IMG/VR virus record: IMGVR_UViG_3300028864_000017
DNA length: 64,000 nt
Source: a virus
Lineage: Duplodnaviria > Caudoviricetes
Direction: 5' to 3' (one strand)
The translations under genes were made by a program, and so were the position numbers. Numbering within the stretch: position 1 is the first letter of the stretch; every line of letters starts with the position of its first letter. Positions 55,551 through 63,645 of the stretch are shown one piece after another. The notes below the pieces were generated by a model. The model did no database searches and was not told where the DNA came from. It worked only from the letters and a program-made list of their open reading frames with translations.

Positions 55551-56945
55551 ATGATTGAGTTAAAAGGTAAATATACAGACGCTAAAATATTTATAGATGA
55601 AGTTGAAGAAGGAGTCTATACACAAATATACAATGTCATTAACTCAGAAACATCTAATGGGTTGAAAGTCAGACTAATGCCAGACGTGCATGTTGGCTCA
55701 GATATTTGTATTGGGTTTTCCATGGAATTGGGTAAGTATCTCAAACCAAGCACTATAGGTGTGGATATCGGCTGCGGGATGCTAAGTGCTAGATTTTCAG
55801 GTAGAACCACATTAGATTTAGAAAAAATTGATAATCTGATACGTGAAAATGTTCCTATGGGATTTGGTATGCACGAAGATATCAAATTTAAAAATATCCC
55901 TTTTGGTGATGTTCAAGTAATTGCAGATAACTTCATTGTAAAATTTAACGAAAAATTTGGGACATCTTATGATTCTCCATCATACAATGATAAATGGCTA
56001 ACATCTAAATTGAAAGATATTGGAATTGATGAAGGTAAATTTTACAAATCTATTGGTACATTAGGAGGTGGTAACCACTTTATTGAACTTGGTAAGTCAG
56101 ATAAGACTAATGATTATTGGGTAACAGTCCACTCTGGGTCAAGAAACTTTGGACTTAAAATTGCGGAATACTGGACTAAAGTTGCAAGAGGTAAAGTATT
56201 TGTTGCAACCAAAGAATATAACATGGAATTGGATGACATTACAATGAATACTTATCCTAAATCTGATATTGATAAAAAAATAAAAGAATTAAGGACAAGA
56301 TACAGTCTTAATATTGACAAAGAATATTTAGATGGTGAGTATCTTATTGGATATCTATTTGATATGATTTTTGCTCAACAATATGCTCTATGGAGTAGAA
56401 AAACAATGTTATCATTGATAAAAAAAGCATTGAATATCAAAAAGTTTGATGAAGAAATTCATTCAATACATAACTATGTTGATTTCAAAGATTTTATCAT
56501 AAGAAAAGGTGCAATCTCATCTTATGTTGGTGAAAAAATGATTATACCATTCAATATGAGAGATGGAATACTTATATGCGAAGGTAAATCAAATGAAGAT
56601 TGGAACAACTCAGCACCACATGGGTCTGGTCGTTTGATGTCAAGATCAAAAGCAAAAGAGTCAATTGATTTAAAAGATTTTCAGAAAGTAATGAAAGGTA
56701 TATATTCAACATCTGTATGTAAAAGTACAATTGATGAATCACCATTTGCTTACAAAAACTCTGATATGATTGAAAAAGCTATCGAGCCTACTGCATTAAT
56801 TCTTGATAAAATAAAACCAATCTTAAACATAAAAGATAAATCTGAAGGTACATCTTGGAAAGATAAGAAAGAGCAAAAAAAGAAAGATAAGCAACGTAAC
56901 AACGAAAGAAATGAAGTTTCTTATCAAAAGATGAAAAAATTCTAA
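55551..56945 (+). CDS. rtcB: RtcB RNA 2',3'-cyclic-phosphate/5'-OH ligase
   Basis: MPDVHVG, GVDIGCGM, GTLGGGNHFIE, VHSGSRNFG, HNY, RKGA, IIPFNM, SAPHGSGR, DESPFAYK. Confidence 0.95.
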   Translation: MIELKGKYTDAKIFIDEVEEGVYTQIYNVINSETSNGLKVRLMPDVHVGSDICIGFSMELGKYLKPSTIGVDIGCGMLSARFSGRTTLDLEKIDNLIRENVPMGFGMHEDIKFKNIPFGDVQVIADNFIVKFNEKFGTSYDSPSYNDKWLTSKLKDIGIDEGKFYKSIGTLGGGNHFIELGKSDKTNDYWVTVHSGSRNFGLKIAEYWTKVARGKVFVATKEYNMELDDITMNTYPKSDIDKKIKELRTRYSLNIDKEYLDGEYLIGYLFDMIFAQQYALWSRKTMLSLIKKALNIKKFDEEIHSIHNYVDFKDFIIRKGAISSYVGEKMIIPFNMRDGILICEGKSNEDWNNSAPHGSGRLMSRSKAKESIDLKDFQKVMKGIYSTSVCKSTIDESPFAYKNSDMIEKAIEPTALILDKIKPILNIKDKSEGTSWKDKKEQKKKDKQRNNERNEVSYQKMKKF

Positions 56946-56947
56946 AT

Positions 56948-56985
56948 AAAAAAGGATGAAAAAATTATTTTCATCCTTTTTTTTT
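56948..56985 (+). terminator. Intrinsic terminator
   Basis: aaaaaaggatgaaaa-aatta-ttttcatcctttttt + T-tract. Confidence 0.8.
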
Positions 56986-56992
56986 GCGAAAA

Positions 56993-57024
56993 TTTGTAAG
57001 ATACAAATAATTTTATTATCTTTG
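56993..57024 (+). promoter_or_regulatory. Bacteroidota sigma70-type promoter (TTTG / TATCTTTG)
   Basis: TTTG 56993-56996, 20-nt spacer, TATCTTTG 57017-57024. Confidence 0.7.
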
Positions 57025-57038
57025 CACAAAATATAAAA

Positions 57039-57221
57039 ATGACAGAAGAAGATAGAAAAAAATATGAAGTAACTCTTAGAGAAAATCTATTAAAGCATAT
57101 TGATGATTTAAGAGAAAAAATTTCAAGTAATGAGATTTTTCCACATGGAAGTCAAGATTTAGAATCATTAGTTGAAATTGATGATAATATTGAAGCTTGT
57201 TTAAATTGTTGGTATTATTAA
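57039..57221 (+). CDS. Hypothetical protein
   Basis: 60-aa ORF just downstream of a host-type promoter. Confidence 0.55.
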   Translation: MTEEDRKKYEVTLRENLLKHIDDLREKISSNEIFPHGSQDLESLVEIDDNIEACLNCWYY

Positions 57222-57231
57222 TCTTAAAAAT

Positions 57232-57510
57232 ATGAAACAAGTATTAGATGAAACTAAACAGATTCATTATGTAGATGAATGTGAGATTATAGAATTTATA
57301 ACAATAAATTCTAACATGGAATGGAACGACTGTTGCGATTATATAAGAGAGCATAATATATCATCAGTAGAAGGTATATCTCATTGGATAAAATCTGAAT
57401 TAATTGAAGAAAATAGAGATGATTATGACACAGAAGCATATTATTGGGTATTAGCTTTTTTTGAAGCACATCCTTGGATAAATAAAATGATGATTGTTTT
57501 TGACAGTTAA
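57232..57510 (+). CDS. Hypothetical protein
   Basis: 92-aa acidic ORF. Confidence 0.6.
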   Translation: MKQVLDETKQIHYVDECEIIEFITINSNMEWNDCCDYIREHNISSVEGISHWIKSELIEENRDDYDTEAYYWVLAFFEAHPWINKMMIVFDS

Positions 57511-57606
57511 AAAAATATATAATGTCAATTTGTCATATACTATGACTCATTGTCATTATATTTGTTTTGGCATAAGATTTGAATAATAAGAAGTAATTAA
57601 ATAATA

Positions 57607-57840
57607 ATGTTTAAATTAGGAGAAATTGTAGTTTGTATTGATGATAGTGATGATACTACTACATATGAACCATATAAAAATTTAAAAAAATACTCAACAT
57701 ATGAGGTAAAGAATGACGGATATTATTTTAATACTATTAGTGTTTCATTAACTGATATAAAAGGAAGATTCAGAGTAACAAGATTCATGTCTGTTAAAGA
57801 ATATAGAAAATTAAAATTAGAAAAATTAAATAAAAAATAA
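57607..57840 (+). CDS. SH3-like small protein with RxxKL tag
   Basis: MFKLGEIVVCI...LKKYSTYEV...RFMSVKEYRKLKLEKLNKK. Confidence 0.65.
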   Translation: MFKLGEIVVCIDDSDDTTTYEPYKNLKKYSTYEVKNDGYYFNTISVSLTDIKGRFRVTRFMSVKEYRKLKLEKLNKK

Positions 57841-57851
57841 AAAAGTAAATT

Positions 57852-59738
57852 ATGGGAAAAATTATTGGAATTGACTTGGGTTCATATAACTCAGCAGTAT
57901 CTATTGTAGAAGGTGGACAAACAATTGTCATACCTAATTCAGAAGGATCAGTATCAACACCATCTGTTGTTGCATTTGATGTGAAAACAGGAGAAATTAA
58001 AGTTGGTGATGCAGCTAAAAGGCAAGCAGCATTAAATCCAAAAAACACAATTTTTAATATCAAAAGACTTATTGGTAGAACTTATGACGAAGTTAAACAT
58101 CTAAAACGTCCTTATGACATTGTAGATAATAATGGTAAAGCTGCTGTAAAAATTGGAGATAGAATATATTCACCAGAAGAAATATCTGCAATCATTCTTC
58201 AAAAAATGAAAAAAACAGCAGAGGATTATCTTGGAGCAAATGTAGAAAGTGCTGTAATAACAGTACCAGCGTATTTTAATTCAGATGAAAGAAGTAGCAC
58301 AAAAGTAGCAGGAGAAATTGCTGGATTAAAAGTAGAAAGAATTATATCAGAACCAACTGCTGCTTCATTAAACATAAAAAATGAAACTGATAAATTATAT
58401 TTTATAATAGATAGTGGTGGTTGTACATCAGATTTTAGTTCAATTTCAATTGAAGATGGCTTATTTGAAGTAATAGCAACAGATGGTAGTTTAGATCTTG
58501 GAGGTAATTTAATTGATGATGCACTTGTTAATTACATTTCTGATGATTTTTTAAAAGAATCAGGAGTAGATATAAGAAAAGATCCTATGGCTCTTCAACG
58601 TGTCACAGAAGCAGCAGAAAAAGCAAAAATTGAGTTATCTAATGTTACACAAACAGAAATCAATTTACCTTATATTACTGCAGTTGACGGAACGCCAAAA
58701 CATTTAGTTAAAACTATAACTCGTGCCAAATTTGAACAATTAATTCAATTTTATGTTGACGAAACAATGAAATTAATTAAATCATCAATTAAAAAAAGCA
58801 ATAAGAATATAAGTGATATTGATGAAATTGTTCTTGTAGGAGGTAGCACAAGAATACCATATTTAGTAGATAACATTGAAAAATATTTTGGTAAGAAATC
58901 TAACAAGTCTCTTAACGCTGATACTGCCATAGCATCAGGGGCTGCTATACAAGGATCCGTTCTTGCTGGAGATACAACTGACATATTATTACTTGATGTT
59001 ACAGCGTTGAGCTTCTGTATTGAAACCATGGGTGGTGTATCAACTAAAATGATAGAAGCAAATACTACAATACCGACAAGTAAGTCACAGGTATTCAGTA
59101 CGGCTTCGGATAACCAACCAAGTGTCCAGGTTAATGTTTGTACAGGAGAAAGACCTATGTATGTAAACAACAAACACTTAGGTACATTTTCACTTGATGT
59201 TCCACCTGCTCGTAGAGGTACACCACAAGTAGAAATCACATTCAGCATTGATAGCAATTCTATTCTAACAGTCAAAGCTGTTGATAAAGCAACTGGAAAA
59301 TCCAATGATATTAGAATTGAAGGTAAATCATCGTTAACAAAAGAAGAGATTGAAAGAATGAAGAATGAAGCTGAACAAAATGCTGATTCAGATAAAAAAG
59401 AAAAAGAGAAAGTTGATAAACTTAATCAAGCAGATTCTATGATTTTTCAAACAGAAAAACAAATTGAAGATTTTTCTGATAAGTTAACTGAAGAAAACAA
59501 AACTGAATTGAATTCTAAGCTTGGTAATCTTAAAGAAGCTCACAAAACTCAAAATGTTGATACTATTGATAACTGCATTAAAGAATTGAATGATTCTTGG
59601 CAAAATATTAGTTCTAAGCTTTATGAAAAATCTCAAAATGAGTCAACAAATGATTCTAATCCAACAAATGAAACTCAATCACCTAATAAAGATGATTCTG
59701 AAAATGTGACAGACGTAGATTTTGAGGAAGTAAAATAA
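57852..59738 (+). CDS. dnaK: Hsp70/DnaK chaperone with divergent nucleotide-binding motifs
   Basis: GIDLG, KRLIG, TVPAYF, EPTAA, LVGGSTRIP, linker ILLLDV, NTTIPT, DNQP, C-terminal DFEEVK. Confidence 0.95.
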   Translation: MGKIIGIDLGSYNSAVSIVEGGQTIVIPNSEGSVSTPSVVAFDVKTGEIKVGDAAKRQAALNPKNTIFNIKRLIGRTYDEVKHLKRPYDIVDNNGKAAVKIGDRIYSPEEISAIILQKMKKTAEDYLGANVESAVITVPAYFNSDERSSTKVAGEIAGLKVERIISEPTAASLNIKNETDKLYFIIDSGGCTSDFSSISIEDGLFEVIATDGSLDLGGNLIDDALVNYISDDFLKESGVDIRKDPMALQRVTEAAEKAKIELSNVTQTEINLPYITAVDGTPKHLVKTITRAKFEQLIQFYVDETMKLIKSSIKKSNKNISDIDEIVLVGGSTRIPYLVDNIEKYFGKKSNKSLNADTAIASGAAIQGSVLAGDTTDILLLDVTALSFCIETMGGVSTKMIEANTTIPTSKSQVFSTASDNQPSVQVNVCTGERPMYVNNKHLGTFSLDVPPARRGTPQVEITFSIDSNSILTVKAVDKATGKSNDIRIEGKSSLTKEEIERMKNEAEQNADSDKKEKEKVDKLNQADSMIFQTEKQIEDFSDKLTEENKTELNSKLGNLKEAHKTQNVDTIDNCIKELNDSWQNISSKLYEKSQNESTNDSNPTNETQSPNKDDSENVTDVDFEEVK

Positions 59739-59767
59739 TTTTTTTAAAATAATTTAAAATAAAAAAT

Positions 59768-59793
59768 AAAGTCAGATTAGTTCTGGCTTTTTT
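59768..59793 (+). terminator. Intrinsic terminator
   Basis: aaagtcaga-ttagt-tctggcttt (one G-U pair) + T-tract. Confidence 0.65.
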
Positions 59794-59797
59794 TATA

Positions 59798-59805
59798 TAT
59801 CTTTG
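59798..59805 (+). promoter_or_regulatory. Bacteroidota -7 element TATCTTTG
   Basis: After a terminator, 28 nt before 59834. Confidence 0.6.
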
Positions 59806-59833
59806 TATCACGAATATTAAAAAATTATAAAAC

Positions 59834-60076
59834 ATGTTCAATATAAATAGGAAACATCTTTGTAAGAAAAACTCAAAGTATTGTATTAAAGGTAATATTT
59901 ATGATATTCATATGATATCTTTTAATTGTATTTCAATATATTTGGATAATTATCCTATTTATGAAAATTTTATATTTGAGGAAGGTTATTATACATATTT
60001 AAATTTTTATGATTATTTTTATACTGAGAAGGAAGAAAGGAAATTAAAATTAGAAAATATTAAAAATGTCAGATAA
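59834..60076 (+). CDS. Small protein with RxxKL tag; paralog of the next gene
   Basis: CK....Y.I...F...YDYFYTEKEERKLKLENI. Confidence 0.65.
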   Translation: MFNINRKHLCKKNSKYCIKGNIYDIHMISFNCISIYLDNYPIYENFIFEEGYYTYLNFYDYFYTEKEERKLKLENIKNVR

Positions 60077-60365
60077 TAAAAAAATAAATAAAGAAAGGAA
60101 ATATCGTTGCAAAGAATCAATATATGGTTTTATAATAAATAAATATTATGAAATTAATGAGATATACACATATATGATTGAGATGCGTATTATTGTTAAT
60201 TATCAATATAATTATTATTGTTTCTCATTAGAAGATGATTATGATTCACTTCCTAATTTTAATAGATTTTTTTATTCTGAGAAAGAAGAAAGGAAAGTAA
60301 AATTAAAACAAATAGAAGAATCACAAAAAATCACAAAAAATAATAATATTTTACTTGAAGCATAA
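60066..60365 (+). CDS. Small protein with RxxKL tag; paralog of the previous gene
   Basis: YRCK...YYEI...FNRFFYSEKEERKVKLKQI. Confidence 0.65.
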   Translation: MSDNKKINKERKYRCKESIYGFIINKYYEINEIYTYMIEMRIIVNYQYNYYCFSLEDDYDSLPNFNRFFYSEKEERKVKLKQIEESQKITKNNNILLEA

Positions 60366-60383
60366 AAAATAGTTGTATCTTTG
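60354..60383 (+). promoter_or_regulatory. Bacteroidota sigma70-type promoter (CTTG / TATCTTTG)
   Basis: CTTG 60354-60357, 18-nt spacer, TATCTTTG 60376-60383; the track ORF starting MYLC reads through this promoter. Confidence 0.6.
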
Positions 60384-60408
60384 TATCATAATTATAAAAC
60401 TAAATCAA

Positions 60409-60588
60409 ATGGAAAATCCTTATTATCAAATGATGATTAAAAATGCAAGAGCATTTGTTCGATCAAGCAAAAATCAAGAAGATGTAGAAAATAGAATTTC
60501 TATTTTTGAAATTAGTGAGGTTCTTGCTATTTGCACTGGTAAATTAAAAGAAGATATCGTTATTGAACTCGCTGGATTTGATAAATAA
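60409..60588 (+). CDS. Hypothetical protein
   Basis: Preferred ATG at 60409 (MENPYY), downstream of the promoter. Confidence 0.55.
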   Translation: MENPYYQMMIKNARAFVRSSKNQEDVENRISIFEISEVLAICTGKLKEDIVIELAGFDK

Positions 60589-60603
60589 TCTAAATATATT
60601 TAT

Positions 60604-60831
60604 ATGACGAAAGATGAAATTTTACAGCAAATTAAAAATGAAGCATTAAATAATATTGCTAAAATTTATAATCCAAAATATAAGTTTGATTATTATGAAT
60701 GTGATAATATAGGAGAGTATGGAGGTGAAGATGTAAGTTGTTCTGAACAAAGAGAGAACAAAATCAGTTCTATTATTGAAAAAATGAATAAAGACATTGA
60801 AGAAACTAAGAAAAAATATAAATTTAAATAA
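60604..60831 (+). CDS. Hypothetical protein
   Basis: 75-aa ORF in operon. Confidence 0.55.
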   Translation: MTKDEILQQIKNEALNNIAKIYNPKYKFDYYECDNIGEYGGEDVSCSEQRENKISSIIEKMNKDIEETKKKYKFK

Positions 60832-60834
60832 TTT

Positions 60835-61341
60835 ATGAATATATTAGAAAATTGCAAGAAAAAAATAGAAGAATGTTTTGGTATTATTGATTGGGAGTTT
60901 GTTGTAGTTCAGCCTGACAATGATGTCGTTACACACTATAGATTCAAAAACAAAGATGGTTATAAAGCCTTTGTGACAGTAATTAATGGAACTGAAATAT
61001 GGAGTCCTTTAGTCACTGATGCGAATGATGATGAAGTATTATCAATAAAAGACAATAGGATTGAAGAAAAGTATAAGGGTAGGGACAGAAGTGAAATAAA
61101 TACTGATGAAGCTATATTTTTATGTTATGTTGAAGATGATGTCATTTGTTGTGTTATTGATTATAAAGCAGAAGATGAATCATACGATGATATTGAATGT
61201 GTTAATCATCCAGATTTTAATGAATATTGGGATTGTGTTCAAGAGAATATTTTTGAAACTGATCATTTTACTACTATTGAATCTGCTAATGATTGGTTAA
61301 TATCAATTGGTATGGAATATGATTCAAAACTAAATCATTAA
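60835..61341 (+). CDS. Acidic hypothetical protein
   Basis: 168-aa ORF in operon. Confidence 0.6.
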   Translation: MNILENCKKKIEECFGIIDWEFVVVQPDNDVVTHYRFKNKDGYKAFVTVINGTEIWSPLVTDANDDEVLSIKDNRIEEKYKGRDRSEINTDEAIFLCYVEDDVICCVIDYKAEDESYDDIECVNHPDFNEYWDCVQENIFETDHFTTIESANDWLISIGMEYDSKLNH

Positions 61342-61352
61342 ATACTTCAGAA

Positions 61353-61658
61353 GTGAAAAATATCATATTTATTCTATTTTTATTTATGAGTAGTTATGTT
61401 TCATCTCAGAATAGAGTGACTACATCGGTAGGAGTTACACTTATATCTATTAAAGATACAACTATTAATACAGCCATGATGCTTGAAACCAACAAGACAT
61501 ATACATTATCAAAAGGAATGTCCATTCAATACATGAACAGAACATATGAAAGACCTTTAAATATTGTTAAAATGTCAAATGGTAAAGAAAAATGGACATA
61601 TGATAAAACTGTGGTGTATATGAAAGATGGAAAGATAGATATCATCAGGAATTTATAA
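61353..61658 (+). CDS. Secreted/periplasmic hypothetical protein
   Basis: GTG start; signal-peptide-like MKNIIFILFLFMSSYVSSQ. Confidence 0.55.
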   Translation: MKNIIFILFLFMSSYVSSQNRVTTSVGVTLISIKDTTINTAMMLETNKTYTLSKGMSIQYMNRTYERPLNIVKMSNGKEKWTYDKTVVYMKDGKIDIIRNL

Positions 61659-61674
61659 TAAAAATTAAATAATC

Positions 61675-62049
61675 ATGAAAATAGAAGATATTAAACCACT
61701 TGGAAATTTCAAAGAAGTTTTAGAGAAATTTAGAGAAAAAGCTGACTCTATAATAACAAGATGTCACAAAGAAAAAGTTTATAACTCTGCACTTGCAATA
61801 TTAATAAAGTCAATTTGTGGAGAGTTTTGTGTTATTGATGTATTATCAGATGGAATTAGAAATAATAAAGGGTGGAACATAGAAGAAATGAAAATTGACT
61901 TGTTATATACACACTTGATTATAATGTATTTAAATGATGTCGCTCAACTTTATTTAAATGGATTTAAAATGGACTCAAGAGAAAAACAACTACAAGAAAT
62001 GGTAGATATGGATAATGATATTTTTGGTGAGTTAAAAATAGAACAATGA
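61675..62049 (+). CDS. Hypothetical protein
   Basis: 124-aa ORF in operon. Confidence 0.6.
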   Translation: MKIEDIKPLGNFKEVLEKFREKADSIITRCHKEKVYNSALAILIKSICGEFCVIDVLSDGIRNNKGWNIEEMKIDLLYTHLIIMYLNDVAQLYLNGFKMDSREKQLQEMVDMDNDIFGELKIEQ

Positions 62050-62360
62050 TAAAATCAAGATGCAAAAAATTCATACTGAGAAACTTTGATAAGTTTGAAT
62101 ATGATAGTAAGAATGAACATTTTTTTCTTCATAAGAAAAATGGTTATTATACAGATATAACTATTAATCTATCGACTTGTGGTGATGATGATAGGTTTTA
62201 CACAGTTTGTTATTGGGGTAATAGAGATTCATGGTTATGGATTTTTAGAGAAGATTTTATATTCACAGAAAACATCATCAGAAAAAGTAAGCACACAGAA
62301 ATAGACACTCAGATAATAAATATTCTTAAAGCAAAAAAATATTATTATGAAAACATTTGA
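62046..62360 (+). CDS. Hypothetical protein; paralog of the next gene
   Basis: YYTDITI.L...Y.V.YWGNR.S.LW..R.DF.FT. Confidence 0.65.
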   Translation: MIKSRCKKFILRNFDKFEYDSKNEHFFLHKKNGYYTDITINLSTCGDDDRFYTVCYWGNRDSWLWIFREDFIFTENIIRKSKHTEIDTQIINILKAKKYYYENI

Positions 62361-62772
62361 AAACATTTTATTTATAATTTGGTTCACATTATTATTTACT
62401 GTAATTTCAGGATTAATATATTCTTATTCTGTTAAATTATCAGAAAAATCAGATTTTATCAATTCTAAATATAAAGATTGTATTATTGAAAATGGAGAAC
62501 ACTTAAAATCAGGTGAATATAATAACTTAAAAAACAAAGTATTTCAAATGTATTTCAAAGATAGTTATTATACTGATATGACAATTAAACTTAAATCAGA
62601 TAGCTCATATGTTGTGATATTTTGGGGTAATAGAAAATCAATAATGTGGGATATTAGGAAAGATTACTATTTCACAGTTGAGATACCATATAATAGAAGC
62701 ATAGGTAAAGATGTATCAAAAGACATAACAATACTTGAAATTTGCAAATTAACTCAATTATATGATAATTAA
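62347..62772 (+). CDS. N-terminally membrane-anchored paralog of 62046..62360
   Basis: TM helix, then YYTDMTIKL...YVVIFWGNRKSIMWDIRKDYYFT. Confidence 0.65.
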   Translation: MKTFENILFIIWFTLLFTVISGLIYSYSVKLSEKSDFINSKYKDCIIENGEHLKSGEYNNLKNKVFQMYFKDSYYTDMTIKLKSDSSYVVIFWGNRKSIMWDIRKDYYFTVEIPYNRSIGKDVSKDITILEICKLTQLYDN

Positions 62773-62775
62773 TAT

Positions 62776-63291
62776 ATGAAATCAATTGTAAATAAAGATA
62801 ATGATTTAATTTCAAGATATTTGAAAATTAGGCAAGAACTTATTGAAGAATACAAAAAAACAACGTGTGAAGATGAAGAATTCAGAAAATATTTTTTATC
62901 TAAATTTGTTGAAAAAGACGGTAGTGTTGATTCATTGTTATTTGAATATGATAGAAGTATAATTAAATCTAAATTGACGGAGAAATCATACAATCTAATT
63001 GATGAGAATTATTTAGAATTAGTTGATAATGACTTCATTGCATATGAACACAGATATGGTCACGTATCTTTTAAAACAAAAGAAGAAAGAACTGAATGGT
63101 TAATAAAAAAATCAGATGATGATTATGATGCTTTTAAATTTTTTGATTGTATTGAATTGAAAGAAATAAAAGGCACAATTGAAAATAATTATAATGATTT
63201 TATAAATAAAATTGAAAATGGATATGTGATTTTCATAAAGTCAGATAGTTTATTTAGTGATAATTTAATATGCAATTTCATTGAAGAATAA
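62776..63291 (+). CDS. Hypothetical protein
   Basis: 171-aa ORF in operon. Confidence 0.6.
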   Translation: MKSIVNKDNDLISRYLKIRQELIEEYKKTTCEDEEFRKYFLSKFVEKDGSVDSLLFEYDRSIIKSKLTEKSYNLIDENYLELVDNDFIAYEHRYGHVSFKTKEERTEWLIKKSDDDYDAFKFFDCIELKEIKGTIENNYNDFINKIENGYVIFIKSDSLFSDNLICNFIEE

Positions 63292-63306
63292 TAACACAAT
63301 ATATTT

Positions 63307-63642
63307 ATGAAGCAATTAAGATTTACGACAACAAATCCACATGGTATGTTCTCTTCAAGTGACAGAGAATTATTAATATCTACTGATGATATTAATTTAG
63401 GAGTTCTAAGTAATTACTCAGCAAAAGGAAAAGGTGCATACATACATGGTGATGCTGAAGAATTAGCAGAATTTGATATTCCTGTTTTCTTAGATGGTGA
63501 TTATGAACAACTTGATTTACCTATTGAAGAACAAGACATATTGATGATGTTACCTTCTGGTAATTATCAATGTACTTCTGATTTATCATACAAATCAATG
63601 ATAATTGAAGATGAGTATTATCTAATTACTCTTAAAAAATAA
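63307..63642 (+). CDS. Acidic hypothetical protein
   Basis: 111-aa ORF in operon. Confidence 0.6.
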   Translation: MKQLRFTTTNPHGMFSSSDRELLISTDDINLGVLSNYSAKGKGAYIHGDAEELAEFDIPVFLDGDYEQLDLPIEEQDILMMLPSGNYQCTSDLSYKSMIIEDEYYLITLKK

Positions 63643-63645
63643 ATA

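Noticed and set aside
58751-59305. Long antisense ORFs inside dnaK (also 57794..58063) and inside rtcB (55616..55885)
   Set aside because: Typical antisense shadows of conserved genes; no independent start context or motifs
60373-60408. Track N-terminal extension MYLCIIIIKLNQ
   Set aside because: It is the TATCTTTG promoter read as codons; the real start is ATG 60409
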